Positions 12,590 through 24,860 of a stretch of DNA of 64,000 bases are shown in pieces. The notes below the pieces were generated by a model that ran no database searches, was not told the DNA's origin, and worked only from the letters and a program-made list of their open reading frames with translations. A program made the translations under genes and the position numbers. Source of the stretch: Carcharhinus amblyrhynchos (Eukaryota); NCBI GenBank assembly GCA_965287045.1, contig OZ336887.1:32984001-33048000 (forward strand), given 5' to 3'. The first letter of the stretch is position 1; each line of letters opens with the position of its first letter.

Positions 12590-14750
12590 ATCAAGCCAAA
12601 TGATCAGCCTGGTTCACTGAAAAGTGCAGGAGAGCATGTAAGGAACAGCACCAGTCATAAGTAGAATGGAGAGGTTAATCTGGTAATGCTACAACACAGA
12701 ACTACTTGCACATTAAGAAGTGGAATCAGCATGTAACAGAGACCAAGATAGGCAATCCCAGAACCAATGAATTGGACCAAAGCTTTGCCGTACTGCCACA
12801 TCCAAATACAAATGGTGGTGACAGTTAAAATACTAACTGAAGAAGAAAACTTCACAAATACCCCGATCCTCAACAATGAGGGAGCCCAGAACCTCACTAC
12901 AAAAGACATGTTGAAACATTCGCAACCATTTTCAGCAAGATGATCCATTAACATCCTGGTAGTGCTGCACAGCCTTAGCAAAGATATTCCAGTACAGCCA
13001 CAAAACTGGCATCTACCCAACAATGTAGAAAGTTGCCCAGGTATTTCCAGCCCACCAAAAGCAGGACAAATCAATCTGGCCAATTACTACACTCGACCAT
13101 CACAAAGTGATGGAAAGTATCATCGACAGTCCTACCAAGCAGCATCAATACTGCAATAAGCTGCTCAATTTAGATTCTGCCAAGACTACCCAGCTCCATA
13201 CCACGGTTCAACCTTGGTGCAAAAATAGACTGAAGTGCTGAATTTAAGAGCAGTGTTTGAAAGTGTAGCATCATGACTTTGACATGGTTCATCCAGTTCC
13301 TTGCAGGAAAATGGGCAGCAAGAATCTTCCATCAGCTTTGGTCCATCGTAACCTCTTTTGCTCTAGCCCGGGCAGTGTCTCGCTCTTGGAGGTCCCCTTA
13401 AAAGCATTTCCAGTCCAGCCTCCTTCCACCATCCAGTGGTCTCTCTTCTACTGCCACTCTGAAAGCAAAAACATGCACGGCCACCATCATCCATCTCTCC
13501 ATCACACTATCAACCAAGTGTCTCTGTCCAATTCTCTGTAGCACTTCTTAATTTTTGATGTTATCTCTTCATTGGATACTAGGATCTTACATAGGCAGCA
13601 TTAGCAAAAGATGCTGAACCTTTGTGGCAACTTTGATGTTTTCTTCCATGACTCTTCAGCATAGACTGCAGTTTTGCAGGGCCAGAAGCTATGGCAAAAT
13701 TGAAGGAATTGGCAACTAGGAGAAAATGTTCCACCATCTGGACTCATAGCCAGCCCAAAGGAAAATGATTTGTGGCTGCTGGAGGCTAAACATCTCAGTG
13801 CCAGGACATTATTGCAGGAGTTCCTCGGGGTAGTGTATTCAAACCAACCATCCTCAGCTGCTTTATCAATGACCTTTTTCACGTCATAAAATCAGATGTG
13901 GGGATATTTGCTGACAGTTACACAATGTTCAGTCCATTTGCATCTCATCAGACACTGAAGCAGTTCGTGTCCGTATGCAGCAAGAATTGGACAACATTCA
14001 GATCCGTGGCAAGTAATATTTGTACCACACAAATGCCAGGCAAAGACCATGTCCAGCAAAAGAGAATTGAACCATCTCCCCTTGACAGTCAATAGCATTG
14101 CTAGCATTGTATATCCTCCACGACTAATATCCTAGGAGTTGCCATTGACCACTGACCTGGACCAACCATGTAAATCTGTAGCTACAAAAGGAGGTCACAG
14201 GCTGGAATTCTATGGTGAGTAACTCTCTCCCCAAAGTCTGTCCACCATCTACAAGGTACAGGTCAGGAGTGTGATGGGATACTCTCCACTTGCCTGGAAT
14301 AATGCAACTCTAACCACATTCATGAAGCTCGACACCATCCAAAACAAAGTAATTCACTGGATTGGCAGCCCATCCCTCCCTCCACTACCAACACAGTAGC
14401 AGCAGTATATACCACCTGCAATATGCACTGCAGTTCTCACCAAGCCTCCTTCTTCATCATCTCCAAACCCCAAACGTTTACCACCTAGAAAGGCAAAGAC
14501 AACAGACGCATGGCAACACCATCTCCTACAAGGTCTCCTCCAAACCATACACAAACTTGAAATTATATCACTATTCTTTCACTGCCACTGGATCAATATC
14601 CTGAAACTTCCTTTTTAAAAGCACTGAGGGTATACCTGCACCAGATGGACTGCAGTCGTTCAAAAAGACAACTCATCATCACCTTCTCAAGGGCAATTAA
14701 GAATAGACAACAAATGCTGGCCTTGCTGGTGATACCCACATCCTGTGAAA
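12590..14750 (+). mobile_element. CR1-B LINE (ORF2 remnants + 3' tail) with an antisense RTE-like piece at ~13285-13690
   Basis: caaaagcaggacaaatcaatctggccaattac, GIFADSYTMF (FADD region) and the CR1-B tail gctggccttgctggtgatacccacatcc. Confidence 0.8.
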
Positions 14751-15064
14751 GAATTTTAAAAATCCAATCTTTTGCCTTTTCTTGATGATATTGACTACCA
14801 ATCTTTCTTCTTTCACCATCATAAGATCTTCTTCATTGCTCGTGTTCTGCCCAACTGTCCTGCTCCACATGTCTCCAGAATCACATTTCACAACATTCTA
14901 TCTTTGCATTTCTCAAGTCCACATTTCAGCCTTATACAACAAGTCACTCCAAATCACAGCTACTTGCTTATGGACTCTATTCATTCCAGTGCTTTAGCAA
15001 TTCTTTATATTTGGAGAATGTTATTCAAGCTTTGATTTCATTATGTTATTAGGAATTCCAGGTG

Positions 15065-15510
15065 ATATGATGGCACAGTGGTTAGCACTGCTGCCTCACA
15101 GCTCGAGGGACCTGGATTCAATTCCAGCCTTGGTAAGTGTCTATGTGGGTCTCCTCTGGTTTCCTCCCACAGTCCAAAGGCATGCAGGTTAAGTGGACTG
15201 GCTATGCTAAATTGTTCCTGTGTAGGTTAGATGGATTAGATGTGGTAAATATTTGGAGTTATAGGGATAGGTGGGGAAGAGGGCCTAGGTAAAATATTCT
15301 TGATATTATCTTGTAAATTGAGTTTGTGTCTTTATATGCCCTGTTTGTAAACACAAGTGCTCATCACCTGAAGAAGGAGCTTGAGGCTCCAAAAGCTAGT
15401 GCTGCCAAATAAACCTGTTGGACTTTAACCTGGTGTTGTAAGACTTCTTAAAATATTCTGTCAGACTCCATGGGCCGAAAGGCCCCTTCTGCACTGTGGA
15501 GATTCTATGA
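15065..15510 (+). mobile_element. HE1/V-SINE-like SINE (tail 1), interrupted by a Penelope-type insert
   Basis: Head atggcacagtggttagcactgctgcctcacag and tail ttctgcactgtggagattctatg. Confidence 0.85.
15301..15448 (+). mobile_element. Penelope-like element terminal fragment with hammerhead motif and 11-bp target-site duplication
   Basis: Flanked by taaaatattct at 15290-15300 and 15449-15459. Homologous to the 3' end of the PLE at 63468-63945. Confidence 0.75.
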
Positions 15511-15719
15511 AATAACATCCACGGATGTCCCCCACTACTTTAATCACCTCTTAAAATATGTTGCAGAATATTTTATGTGCTGTAAAACCAGATATGACTT
15601 TTTAAAAAAAAGCTCTTGAGAGAACAAGTAATTTATTAAAATGCTTGCAGGAGAGACTTTCCCTCAGCACTGAACTGTTTTAACTGCATACATTGTCGTG
15701 TTCTGTGGATGCTCTGACT

Positions 15720-15945
15720 GTGATTGGTCCAGTTTACCTGAGTTGCCAACCAATCATAGGCTGACTTTCCGCCCAGTACCAATCCAAAGTCACTGGCCAA
15801 TCCAGCCGACCAATCAGAGCGCAGCCTATCAGCCAGCCAATGGGCAGGCAGTGTGAGATCCAGCGCAATCCAGTCTGAGCCGGCCCACTCCCGCCAGGGC
15901 GGAACCGGATCCGGGGGCCGGCGGCGGCGGAAATGGCGCGGGGGA
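15720..15945 (+). promoter_or_regulatory. XPO6: XPO6 promoter: CCAAT-box array, GC boxes, ETS/YY1-like motifs, CpG island start
   Basis: ATTGG at 15723 and CCAAT at 15750, 15779, 15797, 15810 and 15837. CCGCCC ~15769, GGGCGG 15897, CGGAAATGGCG ~15928-15938. This is the strongest CpG enrichment in the window (~15760-16300) and no obvious TATA box is present. Confidence 0.85.
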
Positions 15946-16079
15946 AGCCTGGTGACTAGGCCCGAAAGACGGAGAGACGCAGCGACAGACAGCCGCCCAA
16001 CCCCGCCCTCGCTCGGTTAAAGGGGCTGCACTGGATGCTCGGAGCATGAGCCGGACGGGGAGGAGATTGCAGTACAACC

Positions 16080-16082
16080 ATG
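16080..16082 (+). CDS. XPO6: Exportin-6 coding exon 1 (start codon only)
   Basis: acaaccATG|gtgagt: good Kozak context and a consensus donor inside the CpG island. It supplies the Met missing from exon 2 (M-ASEEASLR...). Confidence 0.88.
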
Positions 16083-16721
16083 GTGAGTGCAGCTTCTCTC
16101 AGCCTCGTCCTGCTCCCCTCTCGCTGAGCTAGTGAACCTAGTCTGGCTGAGGAGAGGGCAAGGCTGCTTTCCTGCTGTGGGCCTCGGCTGGAAGATATTT
16201 TGCTGCTCTACAGTGAACCCGTTGTGCAATCCACGGCTGGGCTTCCTCTCTCCTGGGTAGCGGTGACCTGCCCTCGTATCTTTGCATTTCATCGGGGGGA
16301 GTGCATTTGGGTAGTATTGATATCCCACCTTCTGTGCTGCAAGTGTAATGGCTTTGCTGACATCCTCTGGGATGATATATGGCCTTTGCTATGCCACAGT
16401 CCGCATACCTAATTGAATGTCAAGAGCATAATAATAGGAGACCATTTAGTCCCTTAAACTTGTTCTCTCATCCAGTGGCTGTCTCCTGTTTTGACTCTTG
16501 TTTTGCCTTGGTTCTGTGTCCCTTAATACCCTGTCCTAATAAAAACGAAAGCTAGCTGTGTACAGACTCATACCCAGCATTCCTTAGAGTGGCCCTTGGA
16601 ATAATAGTTTGAGATTATGGCTCTCAACAAGAAGTTAGTGTGCCATACTGCAGATCCTGATGACATTGCCCCCTGGGATCTTCACATGGCTGCTAATACA
16701 GATCAGGAATGGGGTAAGGTT

Positions 16722-16897
16722 GAATAGTGCAGAAGGAGGCCATTTGGCCTATTGAGTCTGCACCAATTCTCTGATAGAGCACCTTTACCCAGACTCTATT
16801 TCTGTAACCCCATGTATTTACCCAGCTAATCCCCCTAAACCTGTACATGAAGGGACAATTTAGCATAGCTGATCCACCTAACTTGCACATCTTTGGA
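16722..16897 (-). mobile_element. HE1/V-SINE-like partial copy
   Basis: gtgcagaaggaggccatttggcc...aacttgcacatctttgga. Confidence 0.75.
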
Positions 16898-18349
16898 TTA
16901 TCAAGTAATAAGATAGATTGACAATTATCATACCCAGAGGCTACTGAGGTAAAGAATTATTTGACAAGCTTTTATGTTTATAACTGGGCTATAAATGGGA
17001 AATGTCATAGACAAAAATAACTTCAGTTCTGGGACCAGAGTGGCACCATGTACATGGTACAGGTGACATGGCTTGGAAATGCATTAGAGGTGTTGCATTC
17101 AGGAAATAGTCCCATATATGTGAAATCTGGCTTGTTCATACCAGAATAGTCATTCTATTTTTTTATCTCTCTCCCATTTATACTATTTATTGTGTGAAAA
17201 GATGGACAGAAAAATGCCAGCTGGTCCATGAAATCTGTTAGGGACTTTGCTGCTGGTGGGATAGGGACAACAAAGTCATCTGCTGGGAGAGGCCAAAATA
17301 TTTTTTTAAAAAACATGGCTGGTCTTAGTGGAAAAGGTTTAGGTAGTTCTTTGGCAACTGCTGAAGGTGAAGTTTATTTAAACTGGATGACATTGGCAAG
17401 GTATATTGTCTTTTGTGTGCTGTGGTATCAAACATCTCCATCAACTTGTCCAGTGTTTTTCCTGATGTTTGTAGCAAAACTGCACTCATTGCACCATCTG
17501 GCATCATATTCCAAAGTTCAATAATCATTTGGAAACAAAATTTGGATATCTAACCTAGTTCTTGTGTTTGTATAGAATAGCATCATGGAAAATTGCAGCA
17601 GGCAAAGGCCATTACTCATCATTCACAATTTCATTTTCGTGATCAACACAGGGTTAGTTCTATGTCTTTGGTTTTTGTCTGTAACCTTATAAGTTCTTTA
17701 TGCTTAATAGCCTGTTCAACTCAGACTTTTGAACAGACCTCCCCCATTAAATTGATCTTTCTTTACACCCTAGCTATGGCTGCAACACTACTGTCTGAAC
17801 ACTCTCTCCTGTTATGTATGTTTTGTATTTTTCACTGTATACTAATGTGACAATAAATCAAATCAAAAAAACTCCATTTTCAGTTTAATTCAGTTTCCAC
17901 CACCATTTTAAGAAAAGTGTTCCAAATCCAAACAAGTGAAATAATTTCTCTTCATCGCACAATTATTTTAAACCTGTGACCTTTGATTATTGACCCATTT
18001 CCCAGAGGAAATAGATTTTCTCTCTGTTCTATCAAAATCTCATCAGCATGCCCACTCATTCTTCCTAACATATCTATTCTGAATACTTGTTCAGTGTCTG
18101 CTAAAATTAATTACTACTCGAGGATCATCTTGAAATGCAAACCCTGGCTTATTTTCTGTACTGCTAGTTGTCTTAAATACCTCTTGTGTTTCCACTACTC
18201 ATCCCTCAAAAACAAGAAGTGTGAGGAGCCAATGATGGTCTTTATTAAAACCCAGATCATCACCTAGTTGCTGTGTTCCTCCTTTCCACTAGTCCAGGCC
18301 AAAGTTTTCCCTTGCCTGAGCCCTGGTTTCATAATCTTTCTCTTGTTTC

Positions 18350-19150
18350 TCTCCTATCTATCCTTTGCAGGACTCATCAATTAGACTCGCCTCTTGCTTC
18401 CTCAATCCTATTCCCACTAAGCTGCTGAACACCCAACTTTTCAAGCCACATGTTGGCCAATATTGTTACTGGTTCTCCTGTATTTACAGACCTACATTGC
18501 CTCCTAGCCCAGCAATGTCTTGATTTTAAGATTTACATATTTGTTTTCAAATTCTCCATAGCCTCCCCCTCTTCTGTAATCTCCCAGCCCTACAGCCCTC
18601 AGAGATATTGGAGCTCATCTAATTCTAACCTCCTGAGCATCCACAATTTTAATTGCGCCACCATTGATGCACAGAGTGATAGATGAACAGGACTTGGTGC
18701 AAGCTAAGAGATAGGCAGCAGAGTTTTGGATGGCCTCGGGTTTATAGAGGGTAGAATGTGAGAGGCTGTCAGAAGTGCACTGAAATAGTTGACTCTAGAA
18801 GTAACAAAGTCAAATTGAATTTCAACAGTAGATAAGCTGAGATGGGGATGAATTCAGACAACTTAAGAGATGGAAATAATCAATCTTAGTTATGACATAA
18901 ATGGAAGCTCATCCCAAGGTCAGATATGACACAGACTGGTTTAATGGCAGGCTATAAAGACAGTAGTCAGTTGTCTTGGCTTTAAGCTCTAGAATTCTGT
19001 CTCTATCTTACTTTCCTCCTTTGAGACCTACTTTGACTAAGGTTTTGGTCATCTGACCTAATTGTTTCCTATGTGGCTTAGCATTTTGTTTATAATGGTT
19101 CTATGGAGAGCCTGGTTTTATGTTTAAAGAGACTCTATAAATAGAAGTTT
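18350..19150. mobile_element. Degenerate L2-like LINE fragments in both orientations
   Basis: DLHCLLAQQCLDFKIYIFVFK in ORF 18450-18686 resembles the L2 motif LHWLPV..RI.FKI. Confidence 0.5.
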
Positions 19151-21735
19151 CTGTCAATGTGTACAGAGTCCAGCCTCTTCAACAAATCTTCCAGATTGTT
19201 TTCTTTTGGACAGAAGAGACCTGGGATCTGTGGGCCTATTGTCATGGTGAAAGTTTACACTAGAGGCCAGATTTTGGCTAGTAAGCTGGCAGTTTGAATC
19301 TGAGAACTTCCCAAATCGTCAGGCCTCCCTTGGTTTAACGAGTTCTTGATGGGCTGTGGGTAGGGGACGAGTGCACAATGAAGTCAAGCCCCAAAAGAGA
19401 GCCCCGAAGCCATTGGGGTGGTGGGTATGTACAGAGGTGGGCTGGTTAGAAGGCCTGTCTTGTTTCTCTTGAACTTCATTCTAGTTGTTAGATTTTTGGC
19501 CCTCTAGCTCTCATTCTTCATATCCCCTCAACCACTACCTATCCCCATGGCCCTTGTACTGTCCATATCATAGCCCTACCATGTCCATCCATTACTACTG
19601 CTGACTGAGTCCTAATGGACATTGCTGCTACACTGGTCTGTGGCAATGGTGAGAGAACTGACAAAGAAAAAAACCTACTTGACTTCATCATCATCAATCT
19701 CCCTATCACAGATGCACCTATTCTTGACAGCATTGGAAGGACTGGCCACTGCAAAGTCCTTATGGACGCAAAGCCCCATCTTCACGTTGAAAATATCCCC
19801 CATGTTGTGTGGTGTTACCACTGTGCTATGAGGGATCGATTTCAAATTGGTATAGCAACTCAAAACCGGGATCTTTGAGGTGCTGTGAGCCATTGCCCAG
19901 AATGCCTCCCAGTCCGTCATTACCATCAAACTGGGGGATCAATCCCTGGTTCAGTGAAGAATGCAGGAGGAACAACACCATGCAGACTTAAAAGAGAGGC
20001 GTCAATCTATTGAAGTTGTGCACAGTCTATTTGCATGCCAAACTGTGGTAGCGTGTGATAGACAGAGCTAAGCAATCCCTCAACTGATGTATCAGATCTA
20101 AGCTCTGCAGTCCTGGTACATCCAATCATGAATAGTGGTGGACAATTAAAAAGTAATTGGAGGAGGACGCTCCACAAATATCCCCATCCTCTATGATGAG
20201 GGACCCCGACACATTGTGATTAAAAATCAAGGCTGAAACGTTTGCAGTGATCTTCAGCCAGAAATGCTGAGTGGATGATCCATTTCAGCCTCCTGGGATC
20301 TGAAGAATCACAGATGCCAGTCTTAAATTTGATTAATTTAATTTGATATGAAGAAACCACTGAAAGTATTGGATACTGCATTTATGGGTCCTGCCAACAT
20401 TTCAGTAACAGTACTGAAGACTTGTGCTCCAGAGCTCGCTGCACCCTTAGTTAAGCTGTCCCAGTACAGTAACAGCTGGCATCTGTCCAGCCATGTGGAA
20501 AACTGCTCAGGTATGTCTTGTCCACAAAAAGCAGGACAAATCCAATCCGCCAGTCACTGAACTAGTTGTCTACTCTTGATCATCAGCAGAGTGATGGAAT
20601 GGATTGTCAATAGTGCTATTAAACGACTCGTAGCCATAACCTACTCACTGATGTTCAGTTTGAGGTTCTGCGAGGCTCCTGCCTCATTACAACCCTAGGC
20701 CAAACATGGACAAAATAGCTGAACTCAAGTATTAAGGGGACAGTACTGCCCTGGACAGAATGGCAGCATTTGACCAAGTGTGGCATCAAGGAACTCTAGG
20801 GAAAACTATTAAAATCAGGGAGAAAACTGTCATTGGTTGGAGTCATACCGAGCAAAAAAAAATGGTCGTTGTTCTTGGAAGTCTCATCTCAGTCTCAGAA
20901 CAGCACTACGTGATGGTCCACCATCTTTAGCTGCTTGATCAGTGACCTTCCCTCAGTCACAAGATCAGAAGTGTAGATGTTTGCAGATAATTGCACCATG
21001 CACAATTCCTCAGATACTGAAGTAGCCCATTCTAATAGCAAGATCTGGGTAACATTCAGGCTTGGGCTGATAAGTGGCAAGTAATGTTCATGCCACAGGC
21101 AATGACCATCTTCAATAAGATAGAATCCAACTATCTTCCCTTGATGTTCAGTGGCATTATCATAGTTGAATCTCCCACTGTCAACATCCTGGGGGCTATT
21201 ATTGACCAGAAACTGAACTGGGTCAGCCCTATAAATACTATGGTTACAAGAGCAGGCCAGAGGCTGAAATTTCTGTGCGGAGTAACCCACAACCTGATTT
21301 CCCCAAAGCCTGTCCACCATCTATAAGTCAAGAGTGTGATGTAATACTTTCCACAAAAAGCAGGACAAATTCAACCTGCGAATCACTGCCCAATTGTTTA
21401 CGCTCTATTATCAAGCTTAAGTGCTCCAGCAGCACTCGAGGAGCTTGATAACGTGCAGGGCAAAGTGGCCCGCTTGATTGGTGCCCCTCTACCATCCAGC
21501 CCCTCCACCACCAATATGCAGTGGTTGCAATGTGCACCATTGAGCATTCTCTAGCAACTCACCACAGCTCCTTCAACAGTAACTTCCAACGTACTGCCAA
21601 CACCACTGCCTGCAAAATCCCCTCCAGGCCACACCATCCTGACTTGGAATTATTTGCTGTTCCTTCACTGTTGCTGGGTCAAAATCCTGGAGCCCTCCTC
21701 CCTAACAGACTGTGGGTGTAGTTACAGCATATGAG

Positions 21736-22460
21736 TGATTTGATTTATTATTGTCACATGTATTGGTATACAGTGAAAGTATTGTTGCTTGTGTGCTATA
21801 TAGACAAAGTATACCGTTCATGGAGTAAATAGGGAAGAAGGAAAGGAGAGGGTGCAGAATGTAGTGTTACAGTCATAGCTAGGGTGTAGGGGAAAAAAAG
21901 ATCAACTTAATATAAGGTAAGTCCACTCAAAAATCTGGTGGCAGCAGGGATGAAGCTGTTCTTGAGTCTTTTGGTATGTGATTTCAGACTTTTATATCTT
22001 TGTCCCAAGGGAAGAAGGTGAAAGAGAATATGTCCAGGGTGCCTGGGATCCTAGATTATGCTGGCTGCTTTTCCGAGGCAGCAAGAAGTGGTAGATGAAG
22101 TCAATGGATGGAAGGCTGGCTTGCGTGATGGACTGGGCTAAGTTCACAATTCTGCAGTTTCTTGCAGCCTTGGTCAGTGCAGGAGCCATACCAAGCTGTG
22201 ATGCACCTGGAAAGGATGCTTTCTATGATGCATCTGCAAAAATTGCTGAGAGTCGTAGTGAACGTGACAAATTTCCTTGGCCTCATGAGAAAGGAGCCTT
22301 GGTGGGCTTTCTTAACTATAATGTCAGCGTGGAGGGACCAGGACAGGTTTTTGGTGATCTGTGTACCTAGAAACCTGAAGCTCTTGACTATTTCCACTTC
22401 ATCCACTTGATGTAGACTGGGGGCATATCCTCCATTACGCTTTCTGAAGTTGCAGTGAAT
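21736..22460 (-). mobile_element. Rex1/Babar-clade LINE 3' fragment
   Basis: ORF 22101-22463: VEIVKSFRFLGTQI...LSWSLH...KKAHQ...RCIIESILSRCITAWYG. The minus-strand tail gtgacaataataaatcaaatc also occurs on + at ~17760-17865. Confidence 0.8.
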
Positions 22461-22480
22461 CACTGCAGTGGTTCAAGAAG

Positions 22481-22567
22481 TAGAGATGAAGGAGCTTGAG
22501 ACTCCAAAAGCTAGTGCTGCCAAATAAACCTGTTAGACTTTAACCTGGTGTTGTGAGACTTCTTACT
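22481..22567 (+). mobile_element. Penelope-like element terminal fragment, 5'-truncated within the hammerhead core
   Basis: gatgaaggagcttgagactccaaaagctagtgctgccaaataaacctg is nearly identical to 15370-15448. gtggttca is repeated at 22468 and 22568. Confidence 0.75.
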
Positions 22568-22689
22568 GTGGTTCATAAAGGCAGCTCACTACCACATTCT
22601 CAGGATTCAATTGGCGATGGGCAGTAAAATGCTGGCCTAGCCAGCAACCCCCACATCATGTGATATAGAATAAAAATGAAGTACAATGT

Positions 22690-23980
22690 ACATAACCGAT
22701 ATGAACAGCCATTCATTCGCTCAAACCTGCTCCATCATTCAATAAGATCCTGGCTGACCTGTTTGCATTGAATTCCATGCCCTAGTAACCTTTGATTCCC
22801 ATGCCTAACAAGATTTCTCTACCCCGCCTTAAAAATATTCAACGATCCTGCTTCCTCTATCTCCTGAGAACTCAAGTTCCACAACCTTCTGTGAGAGAAG
22901 AATTCTCCTCATCTCTCTCCTGGGAGGATAATCCTTGTTTTTATGTCAAATCCGCTTGTAATAAAGTATAGCATTCCGTTCACCGCCTTGATTACATGCA
23001 GCCGCATGCTACCTTTGTGTGACTCATGTACAAGAATTACTTAATCTTTGCACCTCAGAATTCTGCAGCCGTTTTCTATTTAAGTAATGCTCTGCTTTTT
23101 TTTATTCTTCCTGTCAAAGTCAACAACTTCACATTTTCCCACATTATATTCCATCTGCCATATTTTTGCCCACTCGCTCAACCTATTTATATTTGTCTAC
23201 GAACTCCTGTCTTCAGCATACTTTTCTATCTATCTTGTATTGTCTGAAAATTTAGCCGTTATACCTTTGCGCTCATTATCTAAGTCGTTGATGTCAATTA
23301 TTTAAAAAATTAAGACCCCAGCACAGACCCCTGAAGGACTGAACACATTCTGCCAATCACATGATCTACTTATGCATGCTCTGTTTTCTGCCAGCCTGTC
23401 TTCTATCCTTACTAATATGTTATCCCCTACATCATCTTTTTTCCACAATAATCTTTGTTGTGGCACTTAACAAATTCATTCCTGGAAATCCAACATCTAC
23501 AGGCTCTCTTTATCCACCACACACATTAACCAATCTGTTAGAATTCTTTGGAGTTAAATATGATTTTCTTTTCACAAAGCCATGCTGACTCTTTCCAGAA
23601 ATTATCTTGAGTTGTAACCTCTTTAATGACTGATTCTAACCTTTCCCTCTTATAGATGTCAAACTAACTGGTCCCTTGTTTCCTGTTTTCTGCCTGTCTC
23701 CCTTCTTGAATAGAGGTTATGTTTGCTACTCCCCAGTCTAATGGAAACTTTCCAGAATCAAAGGAGTTCTGGAAAACTAACACCAACACATTACCTGCCT
23801 GTTCTAAGACCCTAGCATGAAGTCCTCTGGATTCAAAGACTTGTCAGTTTGCTTGTGCTTCCCTCACAATAATAATTTCATTAAGTTCCCTCTTCCCTCC
23901 ACCTCCTGATTTATAGCTATTACTGGATTTTTTTTAATATCCCCTATGGTAAAGACAGGAGCAAAATGAAATCTGTCATA
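22690..23980 (-). mobile_element. Degenerate CR1-A-type LINE
   Basis: Antisense CR1 hallmarks (cacattttcccacattatattccatctgcca; ccagcacagacccctg; cctttcccttttcacaaagccatg-like segment). Confidence 0.7.
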
Positions 23981-24005
23981 TCTTTATTATCTATTATTGC
24001 ACTCT

Positions 24006-24300
24006 GGCACAGGGCTTAGGACTGCTGCCTCACAATGGCAGGGACCCAGATTCTATTCCCAGCTTGGGTGACTCTGTGTGCAGAGTCTGCACATTCTCCT
24101 CGTGTTTGTGAGAGTTTCCTCCTGGTGCTCTAGTTTCTTCCCCACAGTCTGAAACACATGCTGGCATGGTGCATTGGCTGTGCTAAATCCTCCCTTGGTG
24201 TACCCAAACAAGTGTTTGAGTGTGGCAACTAGGGGATTTTCACACTAACTTCATTGCAGTGTTAATGTAAGCCTACTTGTGACACTAATAAAATAAGCTT
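24006..24300 (+). mobile_element. HE1/V-SINE-like SINE, tail type 2
   Basis: Head and V core plus the tail gtggcaactaggggattttcacactaacttcattgcagtgttaatgtaagcctacttgtgacactaataaa. Confidence 0.85.
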
Positions 24301-24557
24301 TAACAATTTTTTTAAAACTCTACGTTCTCACTGAGAACCAACACTTAATTTACTTCCTGTTAAATACCTGTTTAAAAACTCTTACAATGCATTTTTACCT
24401 TCCTAGCTAGCTTCCTCTTGTATTCTAATCTCTTTCTCCTCCATCTCCTGGTAAGCTATTTGAAGAATTCAACCAGATTGGCAAAGTGAGATATTTTTCA
24501 GAAGTGATATTATGTGCATTTAATAACTCCTTCCATGTCAATGTATAGGACATCCCA

Positions 24558-24860
24558 GGGGCAGCATCGTGGCATAATGGTTAGCACTGCTGCCTCTGTC
24601 AGGAGTCTGGGTTCGATTCCCAGCTTGGGTCACTATCTGTGTGGAGTTTGCACATTCTCCCCATGTCTGCATGGGTTTCCTCTGGGTGCTCTGGTTTCCT
24701 CCCAGAGTGTAAAGATGTACATGTTAGGTGGGTTGGCCATGCTATATTCTCTTTGTGTACCCGAACAGGTGCCCAGAGTGTGGCGACTAGGGGATTTTCA
24801 CAGTAACCTCATTGCAGTGTGAATGGAAGCCTACTTGTGACTAATAAATAAACTTAAACT
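24558..24860 (+). mobile_element. HE1/V-SINE-like SINE, tail type 2
   Basis: tRNA A/B boxes (tggcataatggttagc; ggttcgattccc), V core and type-2 tail. Confidence 0.88.

Larger units (their letters stand above)
19600..22660 (+). mobile_element. CR1-B LINE with nested Rex1 and PLE insertions
   Basis: ORF2 remnants KNLLDFII, LKTCAPELAAPL and NILGAIIDQKLNW. The tail resumes at 22462 and ends gctggcctagccagcaacccccacatc. Confidence 0.85.

Noticed and set aside
15829-16412. ORFs across the CpG island, suggesting a divergent gene
   Set aside because: GC-rich stop-poor sequence with no recognisable protein and no supporting exons upstream on the minus strand.
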